Below are positions 54,912 to 64,000 of a stretch of DNA of 64,000 bases, in pieces; the stretch's first letter is position 1; each line of letters opens with the position of its first letter. This DNA comes from an uncultured Bacillales bacterium (GTDB lineage Bacteria > Bacillota_I > Bacilli_A > RFN20 > CAG-826). Both the position numbers and the translations under genes were made by a program. The stretch lies in contig CAMJWS010000003.1 of the NCBI GenBank assembly GCA_946409515.1, positions 60,012-124,011 of the forward strand, read 5' to 3'. The notes beneath the pieces were generated by a model. It was given only the letters and a program-made list of their open reading frames with translations. It did not search any database and was not told the origin of the DNA.

Positions 54912-55897
54912 AGAAATACCTTAAGAAATATCAACCAGTTATTTATCAAACCTTTGTTAATTCGTTAGAAAAAGGTCAACTTTCTCACGCTTATCTCATC
55001 TCAGGAACTAATGGTTCACCGCTTTTAGATATCGCTAAATTCTTTGCAAAATCTATTCTTTGTGATGACCCATCCCCATTAGCGTGTAATTCTTGCATCA
55101 CTTGTCTACGTGTTGATGATGATAACTATCCTGATTTCTTTGTTTTCGATGGTAGCAAAGCCACGATTAAAAAGGATGCTGTGACCACGATTGAAAGTTC
55201 TTTTGACAAGAAAGCTTTCGAAAATAAAGGCATTAGAATATATATTCTCCACCTCATTGAAAACATGACCGTTGAAGCCATTAATAGCATTCTTAAATTC
55301 TTAGAAGAACCAGGACAACAAATCTATGCATTTTTAACCACGAATAATGAGAATAGTATTTTGCCCACAATTATTTCTAGATGCCAAGTTTTAAGAATGA
55401 AATTAATCGATAAGAATATCGTTATTAATGACGCCATCTCCTTTGGAGTGGATAAAAAAGACGCTGAATTATTGTCGTATTTCTATAACGATGGAGAGCT
55501 CATTAAAGAAATCATTGATGATAAAGAAAATAACGAAATCTTTTTCACCGCTAAACAGTGCTTTGAAGAAGTTATCCAAGTGATGGAAGAGAGCGATAAA
55601 GACGCTCTTATCTACTATGTTCAAGGCAACATCTCAAACCAAATTAAGAGTAAAGAAGCTTGTCGCTATTTCATCAACATGTTAGTTATGGCCTTTGAAG
55701 ATATGATTGCTATTTCTAATGAAAAGCAACCATTCTTAGAAAGTTATGCTACAATATTAGAACATCTTTCCCAGAAACTTTCTCATATTAGTGAAAGTTT
55801 GATTGAATTATTAAGATGTGCTACAGCCATTAACACTAATGTTAATATCACCCTATTGATTGACCACATATTTTATATCATTACCAAAGAGGACTAA
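54902..55897 (+). CDS. holB: DNA polymerase III delta-prime subunit (HolB).
   Basis: A degenerate AAA+ fold, with a zinc module CNSCITC and the SRC sensor (TIISRCQ). Its position after tmk is conserved. Confidence 0.75.
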   Translation: MQVEKYLKKYQPVIYQTFVNSLEKGQLSHAYLISGTNGSPLLDIAKFFAKSILCDDPSPLACNSCITCLRVDDDNYPDFFVFDGSKATIKKDAVTTIESSFDKKAFENKGIRIYILHLIENMTVEAINSILKFLEEPGQQIYAFLTTNNENSILPTIISRCQVLRMKLIDKNIVINDAISFGVDKKDAELLSYFYNDGELIKEIIDDKENNEIFFTAKQCFEEVIQVMEESDKDALIYYVQGNISNQIKSKEACRYFINMLVMAFEDMIAISNEKQPFLESYATILEHLSQKLSHISESLIELLRCATAINTNVNITLLIDHIFYIITKED

Positions 55898-55900
55898 TAT

Positions 55901-56791
55901 ATGCCAAAAATTGAAGATAATAACCGTACTCAAATAACTGATCAAAAACATGATTATTCACATTTCGTCGGTGTGAAATTCTTAAACACTCCACGCGCTT
56001 ACTTTTTTGGCACAACTGATAATAACTATGCTCTTGGTGATAAAGTAGTCGTAGAAACTGTTAGAGGTATGGAATTGGGCACTATTGCAATTGAGCCAAT
56101 TTCCATTGATAAATATGGTAACGGCTTATTCTTAAAGCCAATCCTTAGAAAAGCCACTGATGTGGATGTCCGTTTATCTGAAATTAATCAAAAAGACGCA
56201 GTATATGCATTAGAAATTTGCCAAGTTGAAGCCAAAAAGCTCAACTTAGACATGAATCTTATTTCTTGTGAATATACCCTTGATAAATCCAAAGTCATCT
56301 TCTCCTATTTAGCGGATGACCGCGTTGACTTCCGTGAATTATTAAAAGTCCTAGCCTCGCGCTTAAGAACTAGAATCGAATTAAGACAAATTGGTTCTCG
56401 TGATAAAGCCAAAATGATCGGTGGTCTTGGTGTGTGTGGTTTACCACTTTGCTGCTCCACATTCTTAAACGAATTTGATGGCATTTCCATTAATAGGGCC
56501 AAGAATCAAATGCTTGCTATTAACATCCCTAAGTTAAGTGGACAATGTGGCAAATTAATCTGCTGCTTAAAATATGAGGATGATGCTTATACCGAAGAGA
56601 GAAAGAAATTCCCTGAATTAGGTAGTAAAGCCTTTATCGATAAAGTCGAATATACAGTCACAAATATCAACATTCTTTCCCGTGTGGTAAAGATTGAAAA
56701 TGACGAAGATATTAAGTTCCTTCCTTTGGAAGACTTCTATAAACAAGTAGGCGCTAATAGAGTGAAAGAGAAACGCTATGAAAAGAAGTAA
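55901..56791 (+). CDS. ricT: PSP1-domain protein (YaaT/RicT-type, the stage-0 sporulation protein YaaT homolog family).
   Basis: PSP1 C-terminal domain with the conserved Cys cluster (GLGVCGLPLCCSTF ... CGKLICCLKYE). It sits in the conserved holB-yaaT slot. Confidence 0.75.
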   Translation: MPKIEDNNRTQITDQKHDYSHFVGVKFLNTPRAYFFGTTDNNYALGDKVVVETVRGMELGTIAIEPISIDKYGNGLFLKPILRKATDVDVRLSEINQKDAVYALEICQVEAKKLNLDMNLISCEYTLDKSKVIFSYLADDRVDFRELLKVLASRLRTRIELRQIGSRDKAKMIGGLGVCGLPLCCSTFLNEFDGISINRAKNQMLAINIPKLSGQCGKLICCLKYEDDAYTEERKKFPELGSKAFIDKVEYTVTNINILSRVVKIENDEDIKFLPLEDFYKQVGANRVKEKRYEKK

Positions 56792-57617
56792 ATCCTACGA
56801 TAAAAATAATTTTCTCCTTTATTTAGTAGCGACACCTATTGGTAATTTAAAAGAATTCTCTCCTCGCGCTATTGAAGTAGTAAGCGAAGCCGATATTGTC
56901 GCGGCTGAAGACACACGCAATGCTCACGATTTGTTAGCCCGTTTTAATATTAAAAAAGAATTATATTCTTTAAGAGAACATAACGAAAAAGAAGCAAGCA
57001 AACACTTAGTTTCCCTTATCCAAGCGGGAAAGAAAGTTGTTTATATGTCCGATGCTGGTTATCCAGGCATTAGTGATCCTGGCTACTTATTAGTGCAAGA
57101 ATTAATCGCTAATGATATTTGTGTTTCCACTATTTCTGGCTCATCCGCTTTTATTAATGCTCTTGTTGCCTCAGGTTTAGAAACTAGACACTTTTTCTTC
57201 TACGGCTTCTTATCCGCGAAAGATAACGAAGCTAAAGAAGAGATTAGTAATTTAAACGCTCTTAGAAATACTCTTATCTTCTATGAAGCACCTCATAGAA
57301 TTTTAAGAACTTTTAATTTATTAAAAGAAGGCCTAGGAAATCGTAAAGCATGTTTGGCTAGAGAATTAACTAAACTAAACGAAGAATACATTAGAGGCAC
57401 TCTTGAAGAGCTCTCCGCTATTGATGAAGAAACATTGAAAGGTGAAATGGTTATCATCGTTGAAGGAAATAACCAAGAAGTGATGATTAATGACGAGGAA
57501 ATTGCTGCCCGTGTCGCCTATTTCACTAACTTAGGCCTTTCACAAAAAGACGCAATTAATGTCGTTAGTGAAGAGTTTAAAATCAACAAAAATTACATCA
57601 AAAAATTATTGTTCTAA
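56778..57617 (+). CDS. rsmI: 16S rRNA (cytidine1402-2'-O)-methyltransferase RsmI.
   Basis: Tetrapyrrole-methylase-fold N-terminus LYLVATPIGNLKEFSPRAIEVVSEADIVAAEDTR. Confidence 0.85.
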   Translation: MKRSKSYDKNNFLLYLVATPIGNLKEFSPRAIEVVSEADIVAAEDTRNAHDLLARFNIKKELYSLREHNEKEASKHLVSLIQAGKKVVYMSDAGYPGISDPGYLLVQELIANDICVSTISGSSAFINALVASGLETRHFFFYGFLSAKDNEAKEEISNLNALRNTLIFYEAPHRILRTFNLLKEGLGNRKACLARELTKLNEEYIRGTLEELSAIDEETLKGEMVIIVEGNNQEVMINDEEIAARVAYFTNLGLSQKDAINVVSEEFKINKNYIKKLLF

Positions 57618-57622
57618 AACGT

Positions 57623-60600
57623 ATGGATATCGTATTTGCAAAAGATAAAAACAAAAAACCAAATCCATTTTTAGGATTATGGAAAAAGATCACTGAGAAG
57701 TTTAAAAACTTCCACTTCTCAAATTCTTTTTATTATTTTTTAGTGCTCATCGCTATTAGCATTGGCTTTTATCTATTGATGCTCGTCCAAAATGGATTCT
57801 CTTTAGCCTATGGTGGTGACTACTCCGCTCAATACATCCCTATGGGATATCATATTTGGGATTATTATCATGAATGGATTCAAACTGGTCACTTTACCTT
57901 ATTTGATCCAGAACTATATTTAGGTGCGAACTCATTAGGTTCAAATGCCTATTATGGTTTATTCTCGCCGTTCAATATCATCATTGTTATATTGCCAAGG
58001 GTCATCGTTCCACAAAGTGTCGCAATTGCATCATTTGCTAAGCTTGCTTGTGCGGGTTTATTCTTCTCGTTCTATGTGAAGAAGGCCTTCAATATTAAGG
58101 AATCTGTTTCTTTTATATGTGGCATCGCTTATGCCTTCTGTGGTTGGGGCGCATTCTATCTTTGGTACAACAACTATCAAGATATCTTAGTATTCTTACC
58201 ACTTGTTTTATTAGGTATCGAAAAGACTCTTCAAGAAGAAAAGCCTTGGATCTTAGCAGTAGGTGTTTTCTTCTTAGCCATTTGTAATTATGTCTTAATG
58301 GTTCCTTATCTTATCACCACTTTCTTCTATGCAATGTTCCGTTTTTTCCAAAGAATTAGATTAAACGACGCAAAGAAGAACTTTAGATTACTTGGCTTAG
58401 GATTTGCGGGGTATGCGGTCGGTTTAATGATGGCAATGTTTATCTTTTTGCCAGCCTTTATGGCGACAATGTCCTCTCCAAAACTTGATAGCTATTCCTA
58501 TTTTGGTGAATTGAAAAAACTATTAGCCGCAAAAGATTTCAAGGGCTTCTTCCAACTATTATTCTCCTGGAAAAAAGCTCCAGACCAACATGGTCGTATT
58601 TTTAAAAACCGTTTATGGTATCCAATCATTGAATTCTTCTTCCCGCCAACAACATGTCGTTCATTACCAACTTTAGAGTTATATAACTGGGACTTTGATG
58701 ATATTGCCGTTTCTTTATGGTGCTATATCCCATTCATCATGTTCTTAGTGCCTGCTTTAATCCAATCAGGTAAAGAAAAGAAATGGTCCCACTACATCGC
58801 TTTAGTGTTAATTGTTTTCTCTTTATTCACACCATTCATGTACTTCTTAACCATGGGTATGACCAATGCCTATGCTAGATGGACATTAATTGTTCCAGCA
58901 ATCTTAATTGCATATGTTGGTACATATTTAAATAAAATTCCAAAAGTTTCAAGATGGCACATTCATATCGGTTATGCATTTGCCTTGCTTGGTATTATTG
59001 CCTCTTGGATTTTGACTGATAAATTAGCAGTAAGAGAGCCAAAGAACGGCAGCGAATTTATCTTCCGCTTCGTAGAAGGTGGCTTTGACTTCACAACTTT
59101 AGCCTTCGTTCTCATGCTAGTGTACACCACTGCTGTGTGGCTAGTAATGTTCTTATTATATAATAAGAAAGCATTCTTTATTGTGGTCACCGCACTTGTG
59201 TCAGCAGAAGCTATCGCAGTTGGTAATTTTGTCACATGCGGACATGGCTTTGACACCGCTTATAACAATGGATATGCCGCTAATGAGAGATTTAGAAAAG
59301 TCTTAACTCAAGTACAAAAAACAGACAAATCTTTCTATAGAATGTACACCTCCATCGGCGATGCTTGGAGTATTAATAACAGTTTTATCAACGGCTATAA
59401 CTCCGTTAGTTTCTTCCACTCCTTATATAATTTCGAAATCGATGATTTCACTATGTGGAATGGTTTAAGAGATAGTCGAAAAGCGGTCGCTGGTAGTTAT
59501 CGCGGTAAGTACCAAGATCTAGATAATTTGTTAGGTATTAAGTACTACTTCATCAGCAAAGAGAAGAGTATGTTCAACGCAATTGGAAAAGAAAGATATT
59601 TGGCTAACGTCCCTCATGATTTTGAAGAAATGAAGGAATTAGAAACTAATGAATATAAGGTCTACCAAAACAAGAATATGAATGCCTTTGGTCATGCTTA
59701 TGACACAATTTATGATGGTAAATTTGACGATTCCGCAAGATTTGATATTACCTGTGTTAAAAACGGTATCGCCCTTTCTCAAGTAGCGGCGGTTTCTAAA
59801 GATGACGCTAAAGAAATCATGTCGGATAGTATCACTCTTGTTAACGAGCAACCTAATATAACCTCAGTAAAATCGCTCTATAAGTCAATTGACTATAGGC
59901 ATGGCGTTTATAACGTTGGAACACTCGCTAAGACTTACGATTTCGCCAAGATTCCAACTATCGATACAGACTTTGAAGCAGTTCCACTATATGTCGATGA
60001 AGACACAATGAATTACTTTGCTATTTATACGCCAATGCATGAAGGCGAGCCACTATTTAAAGCGGGCACAACTCTTTATGTCCGTGCTCCTTTCTCTGGT
60101 TCTAGAAAATATAATTTCTATTTTATTGGTAAGGAAATGGTTGAAGGTAAGGATACTGGTATATTCTATCCTGACTATAAAACCTTTATGATGGACGCTC
60201 ACGACGACGATACAAGCGATAATACCGCTTATATGCGTGGCTTCTACATCACAAAAGATGTTTATAAGCTTGCGGTATGTGGCAAATACTTTGAAAGTTA
60301 TACTTCCGATAGCAATATTAGATTCTTCTCGGAAGATATTTCTGATTACCGTAACAGATGGGATAAATTAAACGCTAATCCAGTAACTGACATTAAATAC
60401 AGCGCTGATAAATTCACATTCAAAACAAACTATACTTCTAGCAAATTAGTGGTCTCTTATGTGGCCTTTGATAATGGTTGGAAAATCAAAGCCAAAGATA
60501 ATGCCACTGGTAAGACCAGTGATTTAAAAGTCTATAAGGCTAATGGTGGCTTTGTTTCTTTCGTTGCCCCAGTGGGTGATTATTCATACGAAATGACTTA

Positions 60601-60739
60601 TCAAACACCATATTTGAATCTTTCATATCTCGGTTCCGCTCTCGCGGTGACTGGTTTCTTTACTTCGATCCTTGGCTACTATTTGTATCATGAAAAGAAG
60701 AAAAACCACCATTTAGATGGTTTATATAGAGAAAATTAA
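57623..60739 (+). CDS. YfhO-family polytopic membrane protein (1038 aa; putative GT-C glycosyltransferase acting on a lipid-linked or teichoic-type polymer) with a large C-terminal extracytoplasmic domain.
   Basis: The family-typical N-terminal loop GGDYSAQYIPMGYHIWDYYHEWIQTGHFTLFDPELYLGANSLG is present. There are more than 12 TM helices and a ~350-aa C-terminal soluble domain. Confidence 0.65.
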   Translation: MDIVFAKDKNKKPNPFLGLWKKITEKFKNFHFSNSFYYFLVLIAISIGFYLLMLVQNGFSLAYGGDYSAQYIPMGYHIWDYYHEWIQTGHFTLFDPELYLGANSLGSNAYYGLFSPFNIIIVILPRVIVPQSVAIASFAKLACAGLFFSFYVKKAFNIKESVSFICGIAYAFCGWGAFYLWYNNYQDILVFLPLVLLGIEKTLQEEKPWILAVGVFFLAICNYVLMVPYLITTFFYAMFRFFQRIRLNDAKKNFRLLGLGFAGYAVGLMMAMFIFLPAFMATMSSPKLDSYSYFGELKKLLAAKDFKGFFQLLFSWKKAPDQHGRIFKNRLWYPIIEFFFPPTTCRSLPTLELYNWDFDDIAVSLWCYIPFIMFLVPALIQSGKEKKWSHYIALVLIVFSLFTPFMYFLTMGMTNAYARWTLIVPAILIAYVGTYLNKIPKVSRWHIHIGYAFALLGIIASWILTDKLAVREPKNGSEFIFRFVEGGFDFTTLAFVLMLVYTTAVWLVMFLLYNKKAFFIVVTALVSAEAIAVGNFVTCGHGFDTAYNNGYAANERFRKVLTQVQKTDKSFYRMYTSIGDAWSINNSFINGYNSVSFFHSLYNFEIDDFTMWNGLRDSRKAVAGSYRGKYQDLDNLLGIKYYFISKEKSMFNAIGKERYLANVPHDFEEMKELETNEYKVYQNKNMNAFGHAYDTIYDGKFDDSARFDITCVKNGIALSQVAAVSKDDAKEIMSDSITLVNEQPNITSVKSLYKSIDYRHGVYNVGTLAKTYDFAKIPTIDTDFEAVPLYVDEDTMNYFAIYTPMHEGEPLFKAGTTLYVRAPFSGSRKYNFYFIGKEMVEGKDTGIFYPDYKTFMMDAHDDDTSDNTAYMRGFYITKDVYKLAVCGKYFESYTSDSNIRFFSEDISDYRNRWDKLNANPVTDIKYSADKFTFKTNYTSSKLVVSYVAFDNGWKIKAKDNATGKTSDLKVYKANGGFVSFVAPVGDYSYEMTYQTPYLNLSYLGSALAVTGFFTSILGYYLYHEKKKNHHLDGLYREN

Positions 60740-60815
60740 TATGTATTTTCTCTTGCTTTTATATAGTTTACTCCTCTAAGATATTAGAGGTTTTTTTCTA
60801 AGGAGGGCCTCATCT

Positions 60816-62642
60816 ATGAACATTCGTAACATTGCCATTATCGCACACGTTGACCATGGTAAGACAACATTGGTTGACCAGCTTTTAAAATCCTCCGGTA
60901 CTTTCCGTGATAACGAGGAAGTTAACGAAAGAGCGATGGATAGTAACGATATCGAAAGAGAAAGAGGCATTACCATCCTTGCTAAAACAACATCCATTAT
61001 CTATAAAGACACAAAAATTAACATTCTTGATACTCCAGGACATGCTGACTTCGGCGGTGAAGTTGAAAGAATTATGAACATGGTTGATGGCTGCTTATTA
61101 TTAGTCGATGCTTTCGAAGGCACTATGCCTCAAACTAGATTCGTTTTAAAGAAAGCCTTACAAGCACACATCAAACCAATTGTTGTTATTAACAAAGTTG
61201 ATAGAAATAACATTGACATTGAACGCACTCTTGATGAAGTCTTAGAACTCTTCATTGAATTAGGCGCTCCTGATGAATTCTTAGAATTCCCAGTCATCTA
61301 TACATCTGGCTTAAAAGGTACATCTTCTTTAGAAGCTAATGTTTCCACACAAAAACCAGGTATGGAACCAGTGTTAGATACAATTATTAAAGAAATTCCT
61401 GCTCCACAAGCGGATGTTAACGCTCCACTTCAACTACAAGTCGCATTATTAGACTATAACGACTTTGTCGGTAGAATTGGCTTAGGTACAATCAAAAAAG
61501 GTACAATTCACGTTAACGATAACGTTACCGTTGCGAGATTAGATGGCACCACCACTAATTTCAGAGTTATGAAGTTATTCGGTTATCAAGGCTTAAAGAG
61601 ATTAGAAATTGAAGAAGCTTCCGCTGGTGAAATCGTCGCTGTCGCAGGTTTAACTGATATTAACGTTGGTGAAACTATCGGTGCCTTTAATAACGTTGAT
61701 CCATTACCTCCAATTAGACTTGATGAACCAACCTTACAAATGACATTCGGCACTAACTCTTCACCATTATCTGGCCAAGACGGTAAGTTATTAACCGCTA
61801 GAAAGATTGAAGAAAGATTATTTAGAGAAACACAAAAAGACGTTGCTCTTAAAGTCGAAAGAATTCCAAATAAAGAATCCTGGGTTGTCTCTGGTAGAGG
61901 TGAATTACACTTATCCATCTTAATTGAAAATATGAGACGTGAGGGCTTCGAATTAGAAGTCAGTAAACCACAAGTCATCATCAAAGAAATCGATGGTGAA
62001 AGATGTGAACCATATGAAGACTTATTAATCGATGTTCCAAATGAATATGTTGGTGACATTATGATGTCTTTAGGTAATAGAAACGCTGAGCTTATTAATA
62101 TGGACGCTAGAGAAACAGTCACTATCCTCCAATACGTCATTCCATCCCGTGGTTTATTAGGCTTTATGACCAATTTCATGACCTTAACCAAAGGTTATGG
62201 CATTATCTCTCATACCTATAAAGAATACCGCCCAGTATCCGGTGCTTCCTTAGGCGAAAGACAAATCGGTGTCTTAGTGGCCACTGAAACAGGACAAGCC
62301 ACTCCATATGCCATTGAACACGTCGAAGAAAGAGGCACAATGTTCATTGAACCAGGCGTCATGGTTTATGAAGGTATGATTATCGGTGAAAACCGTTATG
62401 ATATCGACTTAGCGGTCAACTGCGTTCTTAAAAAGAACTTAACTAACGTAAGAAGTGCGACTAAAGATAATACTGTTGTCTTAAAGACACCACGTAGAAT
62501 GTCATTAGAAGCTTGCTTAGACTATATCAATAGTGATGAGCTTGTGGAAATCACACCATCCACCTATAGAATGAGAAAGAAAATCCTCAACACTGCAGAA
62601 CGTAAGAAATACGATTCTCATGTGAGAAGAGGAGAAATCTAA
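60816..62642 (+). CDS. typA: Translational GTPase TypA/BipA.
   Basis: The G1-G4 motifs ([18 protein letters not shown]) and an EF-G-like domain layout, with RBS AAGGAGGG. Confidence 0.95.
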   Translation: MNIRNIAIIAHVDHGKTTLVDQLLKSSGTFRDNEEVNERAMDSNDIERERGITILAKTTSIIYKDTKINILDTPGHADFGGEVERIMNMVDGCLLLVDAFEGTMPQTRFVLKKALQAHIKPIVVINKVDRNNIDIERTLDEVLELFIELGAPDEFLEFPVIYTSGLKGTSSLEANVSTQKPGMEPVLDTIIKEIPAPQADVNAPLQLQVALLDYNDFVGRIGLGTIKKGTIHVNDNVTVARLDGTTTNFRVMKLFGYQGLKRLEIEEASAGEIVAVAGLTDINVGETIGAFNNVDPLPPIRLDEPTLQMTFGTNSSPLSGQDGKLLTARKIEERLFRETQKDVALKVERIPNKESWVVSGRGELHLSILIENMRREGFELEVSKPQVIIKEIDGERCEPYEDLLIDVPNEYVGDIMMSLGNRNAELINMDARETVTILQYVIPSRGLLGFMTNFMTLTKGYGIISHTYKEYRPVSGASLGERQIGVLVATETGQATPYAIEHVEERGTMFIEPGVMVYEGMIIGENRYDIDLAVNCVLKKNLTNVRSATKDNTVVLKTPRRMSLEACLDYINSDELVEITPSTYRMRKKILNTAERKKYDSHVRRGEI

Positions 62643-62645
62643 AAG

Positions 62646-62669
62646 AAAAGCGCGAAATGCGCTTTTTTC
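62646..62669. terminator. Bidirectional rho-independent terminator between the convergent typA and RCK_C-protein genes.
   Basis: AAAAGCGC / GCGCTTTT is an 8-bp stem with a GAAAT loop, flanked by an A-run and a T-run. Confidence 0.65.
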
Positions 62670-62670
62670 T

Positions 62671-63696
62671 TTAGTTATTTTCGTTATTAAATAAGTGCCT
62701 GATGTTAACATATGGACCAAATAAGGTCACTATGTCATCTTTTTCAATAGTCATATCTTTATTAACAAAGAGATATTCATTGTTTCGTTTAATAATGATG
62801 ATTTGAATGGAATAACGATCTGTGAGATGGCTATCTTTCATCTTAATGCCTTCAAGTTCTTTAGGAACTTCATGGACTGTAACTTCCATTAAGGTATTGG
62901 CACCATAATTATTAAGTAATTGAATTTCATTTGTGTTATCAATAACAACCGTGTTGTTGGCTTTTTTATTATCTTCAAGAGAATTGATAAAGCAATCACG
63001 GATATCATTGATATGGCCGTATGCAACGATAACATCGCCTTTAGAAATCATTGTATCTTTGCTAATAGACACTCTTCTATTGCCTCTTCTTAAAGAAAGA
63101 AGAATGAGAGCGTATTTCTTAGTTAACGCCATGCTGCCCAAAGATTTATCTTTAGCAAATTCAGGAACTTTATTTAAGACAATTTCCACGACTGCGCTTC
63201 TGCCATAATAGTCGAGGACGGTAATGATATTTGATTCTCTTCTAGCTTTAGAAGTATTAATAGCAATCTTTTCTAATAGCTTTTGAAACTTCTTATTAAT
63301 TGGTGGGATTTTGATTAATAAAACAAGAACGAATACCGCTAAGGAGATATAGAATACGATGAAATACCATTCGGTAAATGTTCTAACTGGACGATCAGCA
63401 TTAAGTGATTCACCAATAGAAATTAAAACGTTAATGATTAAACCCATAATCACAACAGAGAAGATGTGGCCTGTATACATACAGATGACCGCAATTCTTC
63501 TACGACGATTATCGTTGGTAATAATTTCACTTTCTTGTGTGGTGAAACCGGCACCTGTAAATAATGAGGCTACTTGGAATCTAATCTTATTAGTGGCTAA
63601 ACCTGTGAGTTTAAAAGCCACAGAAAAGAATTCAATCATAATAAGATAGATTGCAGTAACCGCTAAAATTAAGGAAGAAGCTAGCCAAAAGTTCAT
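62671..63696 (-). CDS. Membrane protein with ~4 N-terminal TM helices and two tandem TrkA-C/RCK_C domains (putative ion channel/transporter regulatory protein).
   Basis: A hydrophobic N-terminal third contains LFTGAGFTT. Two C-terminal repeats match the RCK_C pattern (..VTVHEVPKELEGIKMKDSHLTDRYSIQIIIIKRNNEYLFVNKDMTIEKDDIVTLFG). Confidence 0.5.
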   Translation of the reverse strand: MNFWLASSLILAVTAIYLIMIEFFSVAFKLTGLATNKIRFQVASLFTGAGFTTQESEIITNDNRRRRIAVICMYTGHIFSVVIMGLIINVLISIGESLNADRPVRTFTEWYFIVFYISLAVFVLVLLIKIPPINKKFQKLLEKIAINTSKARRESNIITVLDYYGRSAVVEIVLNKVPEFAKDKSLGSMALTKKYALILLSLRRGNRRVSISKDTMISKGDVIVAYGHINDIRDCFINSLEDNKKANNTVVIDNTNEIQLLNNYGANTLMEVTVHEVPKELEGIKMKDSHLTDRYSIQIIIIKRNNEYLFVNKDMTIEKDDIVTLFGPYVNIRHLFNNENN

Positions 63697-63709
63697 ACTT
63701 ATATATTAC

Positions 63710-64000
63710 CTATTTATTATCAAATAATGCACCAAACTCTTTTGGTGTAGGAGCGGTAAACTTCATAAGCTTACCAGTAAATGGATGAATAAAGTCTAGT
63801 TCATAAGCGTGTAAACCAAGTCTTTTTATTGGGTTTGCGGGCTCGCCATATTTATCATCGCCAATGATATGGTGACCTCTTTCGCCTAAGTGCACACGAA
63901 TTTGGTTTTTTCTACCAGTATCAATGTTTACATCGAGCAAAGAATATGTACCATTGGTCTTCATTACCTTATAGTGGGTAATTGCTAATTGCCCGTCCCC
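63710..64000 (-). CDS. RluA-family 23S rRNA pseudouridine synthase (RluD/RluC-like), C-terminal part only. The gene continues past the window end.
   Basis: The conserved C-terminal motif HQIRVHL..GHPIIGDDKYG and, upstream, ..DGQLAITHYKV read through to position 64000. The M at 63964 in the track is internal. Confidence 0.7.
   Translation of the reverse strand, partial: GDGQLAITHYKVMKTNGTYSLLDVNIDTGRKNQIRVHLGERGHHIIGDDKYGEPANPIKRLGLHAYELDFIHPFTGKLMKFTAPTPKEFGALFDNK

Overview
The window is an AT-rich (GC not computed) low-GC chromosome segment that looks like a Mollicutes/Acholeplasma-type bacterium, or a closely related wall-less or low-GC Firmicute. Coding density is high. Predicted exported proteins are mostly lipoproteins with an L-x-(A/T)-(A/G)-C lipobox. 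A +1 programmed frameshift site (CTT TGA C) in prfB shows that UGA is a stop codon here, so the standard code (11) applies, not code 4.

Two blocks are visible.

(1) An accessory-looking surface/proteolysis region (~2-35 kb). Apart from the first gene (117-2162, +), 2.2-26 kb is all on the minus strand. It contains a type-B carboxylesterase and one long transcription unit: cell-envelope S8 subtilase (PA-domain insert), a giant OppA-like lipoprotein, a Big_2 lipoprotein, then oppB, oppC, oppD and oppF. The Opp ATPases carry very large coiled-coil inserts. It continues with a Ser-rich 859-aa lipoprotein, a lipoprotein M13 (PepO-like) metallopeptidase carrying four Listeria/Bacteroides-type repeats, and a GNAT. 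From 26 kb the strands are mixed: a 6-7TM membrane protein with a degenerate GGDEF plus intact EAL c-di-GMP phosphodiesterase domain on the plus strand, and two diverged, inverted paralogous collagen-like (G-K-D repeat) lipoproteins that flank an operon encoding a flotillin, a 121-aa protein and a DNA-alkylation repair enzyme. A lone tRNA-Ala follows.

(2) A housekeeping block (~35-64 kb). It holds an rmuC plus alkaline-phosphatase-superfamily operon, dinB plus a yolD-like gene, M29 aminopeptidase, secG, uvrB, prfB, secA, comFA/comFC, rpiB, prmC, prfA, dnaX-ybaB-recR-tmk-holB-yaaT(ricT)-rsmI, a YfhO-family membrane protein, typA, an RCK_C membrane protein and a partial RluA-family pseudouridine synthase.

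No transposase, integrase, phage gene, rRNA or CRISPR array was seen. The most interesting loci are the protease-Opp-peptidase system with its unusual domain architectures, the c-di-GMP protein, the repeat-variable collagen-like lipoprotein pair, and the rmuC plus phosphatase-like pair next to the tRNA.
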